64,000 bases of DNA from Solirubrobacteraceae bacterium (lineage in GTDB: Bacteria > Actinomycetota > Thermoleophilia > Solirubrobacterales > Solirubrobacteraceae), in contig DATGLC010000019.1 of NCBI GenBank assembly GCA_035294345.1, forward strand, positions 18,065 through 82,064. Reading direction: 5' to 3'. Shown here one piece after another: positions 30,044 to 39,661 of this stretch; the stretch's first letter is position 1, and every line of letters starts with the position of its first letter. The notes below the pieces were generated by a model. The model saw only the letters and a list, made by a program, of their open reading frames with translations, did no database searches and was not told the DNA's origin. The position numbers and the translations under genes are program-made.

Positions 30044-30847
30044 CTCACGACGCTGCGCGAGGCGGTCGCCGAGCTCGTCCACGATGGCGACGCGGTCGCG
30101 CTTGAGGGCTTCACGCATCTGATCCCGTTTGCCGCCGGCCACGAGGTGCTGCGCCAGGGGCGACGCGAGCTCGAGCTGATCCGCATGACCCCTGACATCC
30201 TCTATGACCAGATGCTCGGCATGGGCGCCGCGCGGCGCCTGGTGTTCTCATACGGGGGCAACCCGGGCGTGGGCTCGCTGCACCGCTTCCGCGACGCGAT
30301 CGAGCACGGATGGCCGCGGGCGGTGGAGATAGAGGAGCACAGCCACGCGGGAATGGCCAACAGATACGCCGCCGGCGCCGCACGCCTGCCGTTCGCCGTG
30401 ATGCGCGGCTATGTCGGAACCGACCTGGCCGAGCGCACCCGCGTGGCGACGATCGAGTGCCCGTTCACCGGCGAGCGGCTCGTGGCGGTGCCCGCGCTGC
30501 GGCCCGACGTGGCGATCATCCACGCCCAGGAGGCCGACCGCTGCGGAAACGTGCAGCTGTGGGGGATCCCCGGCGTTCAGAAGGAGGCGGTGCTCAGCGC
30601 GGATCGCTCGCTGGTCACCGTGGAGCGGATCGTCGATCAGCTCGTTCCCCGCCCCGGCGGCGTCGTGATTCCCGGCTGGGTGATCGACGCGGTGGCCGAG
30701 GCGCCGGGCGGCTCCCAGCCCTCCTACAGCCTGGGCATCACCACCCGGGACAACGACTTCTACCGTGAGTGGGATCGCCTCAGCCGCGACCGCGAGCGGT
30801 TCACGGCCTGGATGCACGAGCACGTGCTGGGGGTGGCGGTCGCGTGA
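30035..30847 (+). CDS. pcaI: 3-oxoadipate CoA-transferase subunit A (CatI/GctA type)
   Basis: LEGFTHLIPFAAGHE, RMTPD, GGNPGVGSL, EEHSH; inside the pca operon. Confidence 0.85.
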   Translation: MAELTTLREAVAELVHDGDAVALEGFTHLIPFAAGHEVLRQGRRELELIRMTPDILYDQMLGMGAARRLVFSYGGNPGVGSLHRFRDAIEHGWPRAVEIEEHSHAGMANRYAAGAARLPFAVMRGYVGTDLAERTRVATIECPFTGERLVAVPALRPDVAIIHAQEADRCGNVQLWGIPGVQKEAVLSADRSLVTVERIVDQLVPRPGGVVIPGWVIDAVAEAPGGSQPSYSLGITTRDNDFYREWDRLSRDRERFTAWMHEHVLGVAVA

Positions 30848-31602
30848 CCACCGCCCTCGAGGCGCCCACGGCCGCCGAGCTGCAGACGATCGCCGCCGCG
30901 CGGCTGCTGCGCGACGCATCCTCGGTCTTCATCGGCGTCGGGCGGCCGAGCACCGCGGCGCTGCTCGCGCGCATGGTGCACAACCCGCGGCTGGTGCTCG
31001 TCTACGAGTCCGGCACGATCGGCGCCAAGCCCTACCACATCCCCCTCTCGATCGGCGACGGGGAGCTGGCCGAGACGGCCGACGCGGTCGTCTCCGTGCC
31101 CGAGATGTTCAACTACTGGATCGGCCCCGGCCGAATCGAGGTCGCGTTCCTGGGCGCCGCCCAGGTCGACCCGCTCGGCAACCTCAACTCGACCGTGATC
31201 GGCGACTACGAGCATCCACGAACCCGGCTGCCCGGCGCCGGCGGCGCGCCCGAGATCGCCGCGTTCTGCCGCGAGGTCGTCGTGATCGCGCCCCACGACC
31301 GGCGCACGTTCGTGCCGCGGCTGGACTTCCGCACGACCGTCGGTCACGGGGACGGCCCCGGCGACCGCCGGCGGCTGGGCTTCACCGGGCGCGGGCCGAC
31401 CGCGGTGGTCACGGATCTCGGCGTCCTGGAGCCCGACGCCGACACCTGCGAGCTGCGGCTGACCCAGATCCACCCGGGCGTGGAGGTCGAGCGGGTGCTC
31501 GAGGCGACCGGGTGGGAGCTGAAGATCGCCCCGGACCTGCGGCGAACCCCGGACCCCACCGCGGAGGAGCTCGCCGCGCTGCGCGAGCTGCTGTCACGCT
31601 GA
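30844..31602 (+). CDS. pcaJ: 3-oxoadipate CoA-transferase subunit B
   Basis: VYESG catalytic Glu, FLGAAQVD..GNLNST, RLPGAGGAPEIA; GTGA overlap. Confidence 0.85.
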   Translation: MTTALEAPTAAELQTIAAARLLRDASSVFIGVGRPSTAALLARMVHNPRLVLVYESGTIGAKPYHIPLSIGDGELAETADAVVSVPEMFNYWIGPGRIEVAFLGAAQVDPLGNLNSTVIGDYEHPRTRLPGAGGAPEIAAFCREVVVIAPHDRRTFVPRLDFRTTVGHGDGPGDRRRLGFTGRGPTAVVTDLGVLEPDADTCELRLTQIHPGVEVERVLEATGWELKIAPDLRRTPDPTAEELAALRELLSR

Positions 31603-31630
31603 AGCCTTAACCGATACGAGGACGCAGACC

Positions 31631-32383
31631 ATGACCGAGCAGAGCACCGAGACGATCTATGACCCGATCGTCGACACGCCCGGCAACTACCTGCGCGAGG
31701 AGCCGGGCGCCCAGCCGTCGCTCGACTACCCGCCCTACAAGTCCACCCAGCTGCGCCACCCCAAGCAGCCGCTCGTCTACCTGCCGCACACGATCACCGA
31801 GGTGACCGGACCGGTGCTAGGCGAGGCGCTGGCGGTCACCCCCCAGGACGCTGACCTCACCGCCCAGCACTCCGGCGAGCCGATCGGCGAGCGGATCATC
31901 GTGTTCGGACGCGTGTTCGACACCGAGGGCAAGCCGTTGCGAAACACGCTGGTGGAGATCTGGCAGGCCAACGCGGCGGGTCGCTACCTGCACCGGTGGG
32001 ACCGCTGGCCCGCGCCCCTTGACCCCAACTTCTCCGGCGCAGGCAGGTGCGTGACCGACGACCAGGGACGCTACCGCTTCACGACGATCAAGCCGGGCCC
32101 CTACCCGTGGGGCAACCACTACAACGCGTGGCGCCCGGCCCACATCCACTTCTCGCTGATGGGCCGCGCGTTCGCGCAGCGGCTGGTCACCCAGATGTAC
32201 TTTCCCGGCGACCCGTTCTTCCCGTATGACCCGATCTTCAACTCGGTCCGCGACGAGGCGGCGCGCCAGCGGATGGTGTCTCGATTCTCCATCCACGACA
32301 CGCGGCCCAACTGGGCGCACGCCTACGAGTTCGACATCTACCTGCGCGGCCCCGCCGCCACGCCGTTCGAGGAGGCGCATTGA
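31631..32383 (+). CDS. pcaH: Protocatechuate 3,4-dioxygenase beta subunit
   Basis: EIWQANAAGRY, DPNFSGAGR, TIKPGPYPW, WRPAHIHFS, TQMYFPGDP. Confidence 0.97.
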   Translation: MTEQSTETIYDPIVDTPGNYLREEPGAQPSLDYPPYKSTQLRHPKQPLVYLPHTITEVTGPVLGEALAVTPQDADLTAQHSGEPIGERIIVFGRVFDTEGKPLRNTLVEIWQANAAGRYLHRWDRWPAPLDPNFSGAGRCVTDDQGRYRFTTIKPGPYPWGNHYNAWRPAHIHFSLMGRAFAQRLVTQMYFPGDPFFPYDPIFNSVRDEAARQRMVSRFSIHDTRPNWAHAYEFDIYLRGPAATPFEEAH

Positions 32384-32958
32384 TCTTTCCCACAACCCCC
32401 TCGCAAACGGTCGGGCCGTTCTTTGCGATCGGGCTGCCGTGGCCGGAGGGGCCATACGCGGTCCCGCCTGGCACGCCCGGCGCGATCCGCATCCGGGGAA
32501 CGATCTACGACGGCGCCGGCACGCCGATCCCCGATCACCTGATCGAGACCTGGCAGGCCGACCCGGACGGGCGCTTCTGCGACCTGCACGGCTACGGCGG
32601 CGGCTCGGAGCTGCCCGGCTTCCGAGGGTTCGCGCGCCACGGCGTGGAGGACGGCGACGGCACGTATGAGATCGTGACGGTCAAGCCGGGCCGCGTGCCT
32701 GAGCCCGGCGGGCGGCTGCAGGCGCCGCACATAGACGTGAGCGTGTTCGCGCGCGGGATGCTCAACAGGGTCGTGACCAGGATCTACTTCGCCGATGAGG
32801 AGCAGGCCAACGCCGAGGATCCGGTGCTTGCCCGCGTTGCGGCCGACCGGCGTCACACGCTGCTGGCCACGCCCGAGGAGGGCGGCTACCGCTTCGATAT
32901 CAGGATCCAGGCTCCGCCCGGCTCGCCCGGCCTGGAGACGGTCTTCTTTGACCTCTGA
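32380..32958 (+). CDS. pcaG: Protocatechuate 3,4-dioxygenase alpha subunit
   Basis: TPSQTVGPFFAIGL, QAPHI, FARGML, TRIYF, ETVFFD. Confidence 0.95.
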   Translation: MIFPTTPSQTVGPFFAIGLPWPEGPYAVPPGTPGAIRIRGTIYDGAGTPIPDHLIETWQADPDGRFCDLHGYGGGSELPGFRGFARHGVEDGDGTYEIVTVKPGRVPEPGGRLQAPHIDVSVFARGMLNRVVTRIYFADEEQANAEDPVLARVAADRRHTLLATPEEGGYRFDIRIQAPPGSPGLETVFFDL

Positions 32959-34246
32959 GCTGTTCGCCGAGCTCTACGCCCGCGGCCGGGTCGCCGCCGA
33001 GCTTGGCGATGCCGCCTGGGTGCGGGCGATGCTCGATGTCGAGGCGGCGCTCGCGCGCGCCTGCGCGGCCGAGGGGCTGATCCCCGCCTCGAGCGCGCAG
33101 GAGATCGCCGCCGCCTGCGTCGAGCCCGTGCCCCTGGGCCCGCTGCGAGATGGCGTGGGCGACAGCGCCACCCCGGTGATCGCGCTCGTGCGCGAGCTTC
33201 GCGAGCGCCTGGGCGAGAGCGCCCGCCCCCACGTCCACGTCGGCGCCACCAGCCAGGACATCCTCGACACGGCCCTGATGCTGATGGCGCAGCGGGCGCT
33301 GCGGCCGCTGCTGGACGACGCCGCCGCGTGCGCGCGCGCGGCCGCGGGGCTCGCGGACCGCCACCGCGCCACGGCGATGATCGGCCGCACGCTGCTTGCG
33401 CAGGCGGTCGCGACCACGTTCGGGCTGCGCGCCGCCGTGTGGCTGGATGGGATCGACGAGGCGCTCGGCGCCCTGCGGCGGGTGCGCGACAACGAGCTCG
33501 CGGTCCAGCTCGGCGGGCCCGTCGGAGCGGGGTCGCCGGCACTCGCGCGCCGGGTGGCGGCCGAGCTGGGGCTTGCCGAGCCAGCGCTGCCGTGGCACGC
33601 GATGCGCGTGCGGCCCGCCGCGCTCGCCTGCGCCCTGGGAGCATTGTGTGGTGTGCTGTCGAAGATCGCCCGCGACGTGACGCTGCTGGCTCAGCAGGAG
33701 GTGGGGGAGTGCAGCGAGGGGCCGGGGCCAGACCCCGGCCGCCCCCGTGGGGGGTCCTCCGCGATGGCGCACAAGCGCAACCCGGTCGCCTCCGTGGCCG
33801 TGATCGCGTGCGCCAGGCGCGCCCCAGGTCTGGTGGCGACCATCCTGGCCTGCATGGAGCAGGAGCACGAGCGGGCCGCGGGCGCCTGGCAGGCGGAGTG
33901 GGCGACGCACACCGAGCTGCTGGCGCTCGCGGGATCGGCGGCGGCGTGGGGGAGGGACCTGCTCGAGGGGCTCAAGGTCGACCCCGAGCGGATGCGGCGC
34001 AACCTCGCGGAGGCGCCGGCCGGCTCTCAGTCGCCCCCCGAGGCGGCCTCGGAGCTGATCGACCGTGCGCTGGCCGCCCACGAGGCCGCCGAGCAGCGCG
34101 AGGCGGAGCGCGCGCGTGCGGCGCGGACCGAGTCGCCGGCCGGCGCGCGGGCGCAGTCGCCGGCTGGCGCGCGGGCGCAGTCGCCTGGCGCGCGGGCCGA
34201 GCCGCGGGGTGGTGTGGCACGGACCGGGTCGCGGGGCGTCGCGTGA
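32948..34246 (+). CDS. pcaB: 3-carboxy-cis,cis-muconate cycloisomerase
   Basis: AMLDVEAALARA, HVGATSQDI, GRTL, GGSSAMAHKRNPV, QEHERAAGAWQAEW; TTG start overlapping pcaG. Confidence 0.9.
   Translation: MTSELFAELYARGRVAAELGDAAWVRAMLDVEAALARACAAEGLIPASSAQEIAAACVEPVPLGPLRDGVGDSATPVIALVRELRERLGESARPHVHVGATSQDILDTALMLMAQRALRPLLDDAAACARAAAGLADRHRATAMIGRTLLAQAVATTFGLRAAVWLDGIDEALGALRRVRDNELAVQLGGPVGAGSPALARRVAAELGLAEPALPWHAMRVRPAALACALGALCGVLSKIARDVTLLAQQEVGECSEGPGPDPGRPRGGSSAMAHKRNPVASVAVIACARRAPGLVATILACMEQEHERAAGAWQAEWATHTELLALAGSAAAWGRDLLEGLKVDPERMRRNLAEAPAGSQSPPEAASELIDRALAAHEAAEQREAERARAARTESPAGARAQSPAGARAQSPGARAEPRGGVARTGSRGVA
34131..34198 (+). repeat. 24-bp tandem repeat encoding SPAGARAQ in the PcaB tail
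   Basis: AGTCGCCGGCCGGCGCGCGGGCGC, about 3 copies. Confidence 0.85.
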
Positions 34247-35055
34247 CCCCGGTCGATCTTCACTGCGACCTCGTCGGGCCCGAGACCGCTCCGGCGCTGT
34301 TGCTCGGCGGCTCGCTCGGAACCACCCGGGCGATGTGGGAGCCGCAGCTTGGGCCGCTGTCGGCCCGGCACCGGGTGATCGCATTCGACCATCGGGGCCA
34401 CGGCCGCTCACCGGTGCCCCGCGGGCCCTACACGATCGCCGACCTGGGCGCCGACGTGCTCGCCTTGATGGACCGCCTTGGCCTGGAACGCGCCTCCTAC
34501 TGCGGCCTGTCGATCGGCGGGATGGTCGGCCAGTGGCTTGCGATCAGCGCCCCCGAGCGAATCGAGCGGCTGATCCTGATCTGCACCTCCGCCTATCTTC
34601 CCCCCGCCGATGCCTGGCGCGAGCGCGCCGCCGCCGTCAGAGCGGCCGGCACGCCCGCGGTGGTCGCCGACGCGGTCGTGGCGCGCTGGTTTACCGCTGA
34701 CTGGGCCAAGCGCAACCCGGACGTCGTGGCGCGCCACCGGCAGATGATCTGCGACACCCCGGCGGACGGCTACGCGGCATGCTGCGAGGCGATCGCCGCG
34801 ATGGACCTGCGCCCATCGCTTGGGCTGATCTCAGCCCCGACGCTCGTCATCGCGGCCCGCCAGGACCCGGCCACCCCGCCCGAGCACGGCGAGGCGATCG
34901 CGGCTTCGGTGCCCGGCGCGACGCTGGAGGTCCTGGACGCCGCGGCCCATCTGGCCAGCGTCGAGCGAGCCGAGGCGGTCACGGCGCTCGTGGCCGCGCA
35001 TCTGCAGGCGCCGGCGGCCGCATCGCCCGCTGTGGATCGGCCCCGGGGAGCCTGA
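34243..35055 (+). CDS. pcaD: 3-oxoadipate enol-lactonase
   Basis: GGSLGTT..MW.PQ, DHRGHG.S, GLSIGG, AAHLASVE. Confidence 0.93.
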   Translation: MTPVDLHCDLVGPETAPALLLGGSLGTTRAMWEPQLGPLSARHRVIAFDHRGHGRSPVPRGPYTIADLGADVLALMDRLGLERASYCGLSIGGMVGQWLAISAPERIERLILICTSAYLPPADAWRERAAAVRAAGTPAVVADAVVARWFTADWAKRNPDVVARHRQMICDTPADGYAACCEAIAAMDLRPSLGLISAPTLVIAARQDPATPPEHGEAIAASVPGATLEVLDAAAHLASVERAEAVTALVAAHLQAPAAASPAVDRPRGA

Positions 35056-35056
35056 G

Positions 35057-35482
35057 ATGAGCGACGACGCGCCGCGCGAGGGGGAGGATCCGCGCGAGGG
35101 AGAGGACCTCTACCAGGCCGGGATGCGCGTGCGCCGGGATGTTCTGGGCGACGAGCACGTCGAGCGTGCGCTGAAGCGCACGAGCGCCTTCACCGCACCG
35201 TTTCAGGAGTACATAACCCGTTCGGCCTGGGGCTCGGTGTGGGCTCGCGATGGCCTGGATCGCCGCACCCGCAGCGCGGTGACGCTCGCCGTGCTGACCG
35301 CCCTGGGGCGCGAGAACGAGATCGAGATGCACGTGCGCGCCGCCCTGCGCAACGGGCTGACGCCCTCGGAGATCGCCGAGGTGCTGCTGCACACCGCGGT
35401 TTACGCGGGCGTCCCGGCGGCAAACTCGGCGTTCGCCATCGCCCAGCGCGTGATCGACGGTCCGCCCGCCGACGCGGGCTGA
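35057..35482 (+). CDS. pcaC: 4-carboxymuconolactone decarboxylase
   Basis: [40 protein letters not shown]. Confidence 0.93.
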   Translation: MSDDAPREGEDPREGEDLYQAGMRVRRDVLGDEHVERALKRTSAFTAPFQEYITRSAWGSVWARDGLDRRTRSAVTLAVLTALGRENEIEMHVRAALRNGLTPSEIAEVLLHTAVYAGVPAANSAFAIAQRVIDGPPADAG

Positions 35483-35759
35483 GCACACCCCGGCGGCCCG
35501 GGCCGCGGGACCCGGCGCCACCCGGACCTCGGGCCCCGGCCGCCCGGGCCGCGGGCTCCGGCCGCCCACCGACGCTCAGCTGCCAACTCCGCTCCGGCGC
35601 AGTCCGCTGCCGTTGCGCTGCGCAATAGCGGTGCTCGGGCGACGATCGCCTCCGGGCTTGCCGCGAGCGTCTGCCGAACGTCGCCGGCACGGACGCAGAA
35701 GGCGTAGGATCGCCGCTAGGCCAAGAGGGAGGGCGAGCTGTGAGCAGGTCGACAGACGT

Positions 35760-37523
35760 ATGAGCGCATCTCAGCCAGACACCGATCGATCGCGCGCCGC
35801 CGCCGGCGCCATCTCAGACGCCGGCAGGACCGGCGACGAGCGGCGCCCGGGCATCCCCGACGAGCGCGCGGCGAAGGTGGGCGCCTCGGAGTCGTATGCG
35901 GCCGGTCACACCGGCACCCCGCTGCTGGAGGAGACGATCGGCGCCAACCTGCACCGGACGATCGCGGACTTCGCCGAGCGGGAGGCGCTCGTCGACTGCG
36001 CGCGCGGCGTGAGGCTCACCTACAGGGAGCTGGGAGCGGCGGTGGACGAGCTCGCTCGCGCCCTGATCGGCGCGGGGATCCGCCGCGGCGACCGGGTTGG
36101 CATCTGGAGCCCCAACCGCTGTGAGTGGACGCTCGTGCAGTACGCCACCGCGGAGATCGGCGCGATCCTCGTCAACATAAACCCCGCCTACCGGACCAGC
36201 GAGCTCCAGTACGCGCTCGCGCAGTCGGGCTGCCGGATGCTCATCTGCGCTCCCGAGTTCAAGGGGTCGGACTACCGGGGGATGGTCGAGGAGGTTCGAG
36301 CGCAGCTTGAGGACCTGGAGCGGGTGGTGGTGCTCGACTCCGCGGATTGGGAGGCGCTGCTCGCCGGCGCGTCGGGCGTGCCAGATGCCGAGCTTCGCCG
36401 ACGAGGCGAGGAGCTGCGCCCCACCGACCCGATCAACATCCAGTACACGAGCGGGACCACCGGCTTTCCGAAGGGTGCGACCCTCACGCATCGCAACATC
36501 CTCAACAACGGGTACTTCGTGGGGGAGCTGTGCCGATACACGGAGCGAGACCGCATCTGCCTGCCGGTTCCCTTCTACCACTGCTTTGGGATGGTCATGG
36601 GCAATCTGGGGGCGACCACGCACGGCGCCGCGATGGTGATACCCGCCCCGTCGTTCGACGCCGAGGCGACGCTGCGCGCGTGCTCCACCGAGCGGTGCAC
36701 CTCGCTTTACGGCGTGCCGACGATGTTCATAGCGATGCTCGAGCATCCGAGCTTCGGGGACCACGATCTGCGCTCCCTGCGAACCGGGATCATGGCCGGC
36801 TCGCCGTGCCCGGTGGAGGTGATGCGGCGGGTGATCGAGCGGATGCACATGCGCGAGGTCGCGATCTGCTACGGGATGACGGAGACCAGCCCGGTGAGCA
36901 CCCAGACCACGCACGATGACCCGATCGACCGGCGAGTTGGGTCGGTCGGCCGCGTGCACCCCCACGTGGAGATCAAGATCATCGACCCGGCCAGCGGTGC
37001 GACGGTCGCGCGCGGCCAGCCCGGCGAGCTGTGCACCCGTGGCTACAGCGTCATGGCCGGTTACTGGAACGATCCGCAGCGAACCGCCGAGGCCATCGAC
37101 CCCGACGGCTGGATGCACACCGGCGACCTGGCGACGATGGATGAGCAGGGCTACGTGAACATCGTCGGGCGCAGCAAGGACATGGTGATCCGCGGCGGTG
37201 AGAACGTCTACCCGCGTGAGGTGGAGGAGTTCCTGTACGGCCATCCGCTGGTCGCGGACGTGCAGGTCATCGGCGTGCCCGACGAGCGCTACGGAGAGGA
37301 GCTGATGGCCTGGATCGTGCCGCGCGCGGGCGCGACGCTCGACGCTGCGGCCGTGCGCGAGTTCTGCGAGGGGCGAATCGCCCATTACAAGATCCCCCGC
37401 TACGTGAAGCTCGTCGACTCGTTTCCGATGACCGTCACGGGCAAGGTGCAGAAGTACAAGCTCCGCGAGCGCGCCATCGCCGAGCTTGGGCTCGAGCGCG
37501 CCGCCGCGATCCGCACGGCCTGA
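35760..37523 (+). CDS. AMP-binding acyl-CoA synthetase
   Basis: [44 protein letters not shown]. Confidence 0.95.
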   Translation: MSASQPDTDRSRAAAGAISDAGRTGDERRPGIPDERAAKVGASESYAAGHTGTPLLEETIGANLHRTIADFAEREALVDCARGVRLTYRELGAAVDELARALIGAGIRRGDRVGIWSPNRCEWTLVQYATAEIGAILVNINPAYRTSELQYALAQSGCRMLICAPEFKGSDYRGMVEEVRAQLEDLERVVVLDSADWEALLAGASGVPDAELRRRGEELRPTDPINIQYTSGTTGFPKGATLTHRNILNNGYFVGELCRYTERDRICLPVPFYHCFGMVMGNLGATTHGAAMVIPAPSFDAEATLRACSTERCTSLYGVPTMFIAMLEHPSFGDHDLRSLRTGIMAGSPCPVEVMRRVIERMHMREVAICYGMTETSPVSTQTTHDDPIDRRVGSVGRVHPHVEIKIIDPASGATVARGQPGELCTRGYSVMAGYWNDPQRTAEAIDPDGWMHTGDLATMDEQGYVNIVGRSKDMVIRGGENVYPREVEEFLYGHPLVADVQVIGVPDERYGEELMAWIVPRAGATLDAAAVREFCEGRIAHYKIPRYVKLVDSFPMTVTGKVQKYKLRERAIAELGLERAAAIRTA

Positions 37524-37737
37524 GACGGCACGGCTGCGCTTGACGAGCGGACGCGGGGCGCTCGCCCAGCGGACGCGGCGGCGCGTGACGAGCGGACGCG
37601 GCGGCCGAGCCCCGGCCGGCGGCAGCCCGCCGCGCCGTGAAACGCGCGTCCTTAGCTTCGGCTTACGGCGATCCGACGCTCGCCTTCGATCGCTCGTCGA
37701 ACCTGATCGGTGCAAACCGACCACGAGGAGCCTTCTT

Positions 37738-37932
37738 ATGACAGCCATCACCATCCTGACGTCAGTCCTGTGCGCAGCGGTCATCGCCGCCGCGGTGGCG
37801 CCGCTGGCGTACGCGATCCGCGCAGACGCGCGCGATCGGCGACAGCAGCCCCCCGGTGGATTCGGCCGCAGCGAGGTGCCCGCACGCGGTCGGCGACCGG
37901 TGGCCGTCGGCGCGGCGGCGCTCGCGGGGTGA
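37738..37932 (+). CDS. Small membrane protein (64 aa)
   Basis: GAGGAG SD before the ATG; hydrophobic N-terminal helix. Confidence 0.55.
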   Translation: MTAITILTSVLCAAVIAAAVAPLAYAIRADARDRRQQPPGGFGRSEVPARGRRPVAVGAAALAG

Positions 37933-38230
37933 GCCGGCCCGAGACCGCGGGCGCCAGCCGGCGGCGACGAGCCGCTCCCTGCCCGGCCGGGGGTGAGACC
38001 GGCTGACAGTGCGCAAAGCCCGGCCGGAGCGACGGCCCCGGCCGGGCTTTGGACCTTTGCCGGAGGCGTGGAAAGCCGCGGCGGGCGCCACCCGCGGCCC
38101 GGGGGCGGCGACTCCGGCCTGCTGCCAGCCCTCGGCCTTGGGATTCGTGCACCGGCGTGTCGGTTCGTTATCGCCTGCCGGCGCGCCGCGGCCGATCGTT
38201 GCGCGTGCGTTGCAATCCAGTGATCGCTCG

Positions 38231-38259
38231 TTGACGGCCAGCGTGGGTCACGTTAGCTT
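38231..38259 (+). promoter_or_regulatory. Near-consensus sigma-70 promoter
   Basis: TTGACG-17 nt-TAGCTT. Confidence 0.6.
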
Positions 38260-38686
38260 GTCCACCGGCCGCGGGAGGCCACTCAGCTCCCGACGGCAGT
38301 GCTCCGCGCCCGCCGGATGCCGGGCCTGTCTTCTCCTCCGGGCCCGGTCCGAGCGGGCGCAGCCGCAGCTGGGCGGTCCACCGTGGCGGTTGCCCGCCTT
38401 GGCGGCGGCCGCAGGAGGTGACCGTGCGGCCTGCGCTGCGGCGCTTGCGGCGGGTTGCCCGCGCTGGGGACGACCGCAGGAGGTGACCGGCTGGGGAAGC
38501 ACCGTGGAAGTTGACCGGCTCGGGGACGACGAACGGAGTCCCTCGGACCGACGCGGCACGCCCGGACTTCCGCTGCAGCGATTTGGCGACTCCAAGCGGT
38601 CGCCATCGCCTGACGGTACCTTGAGGCCAGGCAAGGGTCGACCGATCCCCGTGAGCTCTCACCGGTGGGCTGCGGGGAGAGAGGAG

Positions 38687-39473
38687 ATGCACGGCGTGGC
38701 GGCACATCGGGCTGGGCGGCTTGAGGGCAGGGTGGCGCTCATCACGGGAGGCTCGGGCAGCATCGGGCTCGCTACGGCGCGCGCGTTCGTGGCTGAGGGC
38801 GCGCAGGTCCTGCTGGCCGACCTCGACGGCGAGCGGCTCGCTGCCGCCGCTCGGTCGCTGGGGTCGGCGGAGGCGGTCGCCTGGGAGCCGACGGACGTCA
38901 CCAGCCCTGAGCAGGTGGAGCATGCGGTCCGAGCTTGCGTGCAGCGGTTCGGACGCCTGGACGTTGCGTTCGCCAACGCGGGCGTGTTCGGCGTGGTGGC
39001 GCCGGTCAGCGACTACCCGCTGGAGGTCTTTGAGCGTGTGATGGCCGTCAACGTGGTCGGGAGCTTCCTGGTCGCACAGCACGCGCTGCGGGTCATGCAG
39101 CCCGGTGGGAGCCTGATCATCAACTCAAGCGTCGTCGGCCTGACCTCCGACCGCGGGATCGCCGCCTACGCGACGTCCAAGCACGCCCTCGTCGGCTTGA
39201 TGCGGACCGCGGCAAAGGAGGTGGCGCCGCGCGGGATCCGCGTCAACACGATCCATCCCGGCCCGACCGACCAACGCCTTCCAGCATGCGATCGAGGTCG
39301 AGGCGGTGGGCGCGTCCGAGCCGGAGTCCGCGCAGGCGTTCGATGCGATGATCCCGCTGGGGCGCCACGCCAAGCCGGAGGAGATAGCCGCCGCGGTCGT
39401 GTTCCTGGCAAGCGACGAGAGCGCGTTCATGACCGGGCACACGCTGACGGTGGACGGGGGGCTCAGCATCTGA
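38687..39473 (+). pseudogene. SDR oxidoreductase with a single-base frameshift near 39271 (pseudogene or sequence error)
   Basis: [27 protein letters not shown]; continuation NAFQHAIE...[20 protein letters not shown]...[10 protein letters not shown] lies in the +1 frame. Confidence 0.85.
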
Positions 39474-39619
39474 GGACGTGCGCATCGCACGCGTGAGGCT
39501 GAGCGGCCACACGCAGCGCGCGAGGGCGGCGATCTTGCATGCCGGCCACCGCCGTTGACCGCCTGACGCCGAGCGCCTGTGCACGGCCTGCGCCGCCCGG
39601 TCGCCGAACGCGGGTCGAT

Positions 39620-39644
39620 CCTGACTTTCGGCCAGCGCCCGCGT
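39620..39644 (+). promoter_or_regulatory. Putative ECF promoter (autoregulatory)
   Basis: CCTGACTTTCG-N10-GCGT, same sequence and spacing as 41522-41546. Confidence 0.65.
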
Positions 39645-39661
39645 TGCCGATACTGTGAGAG

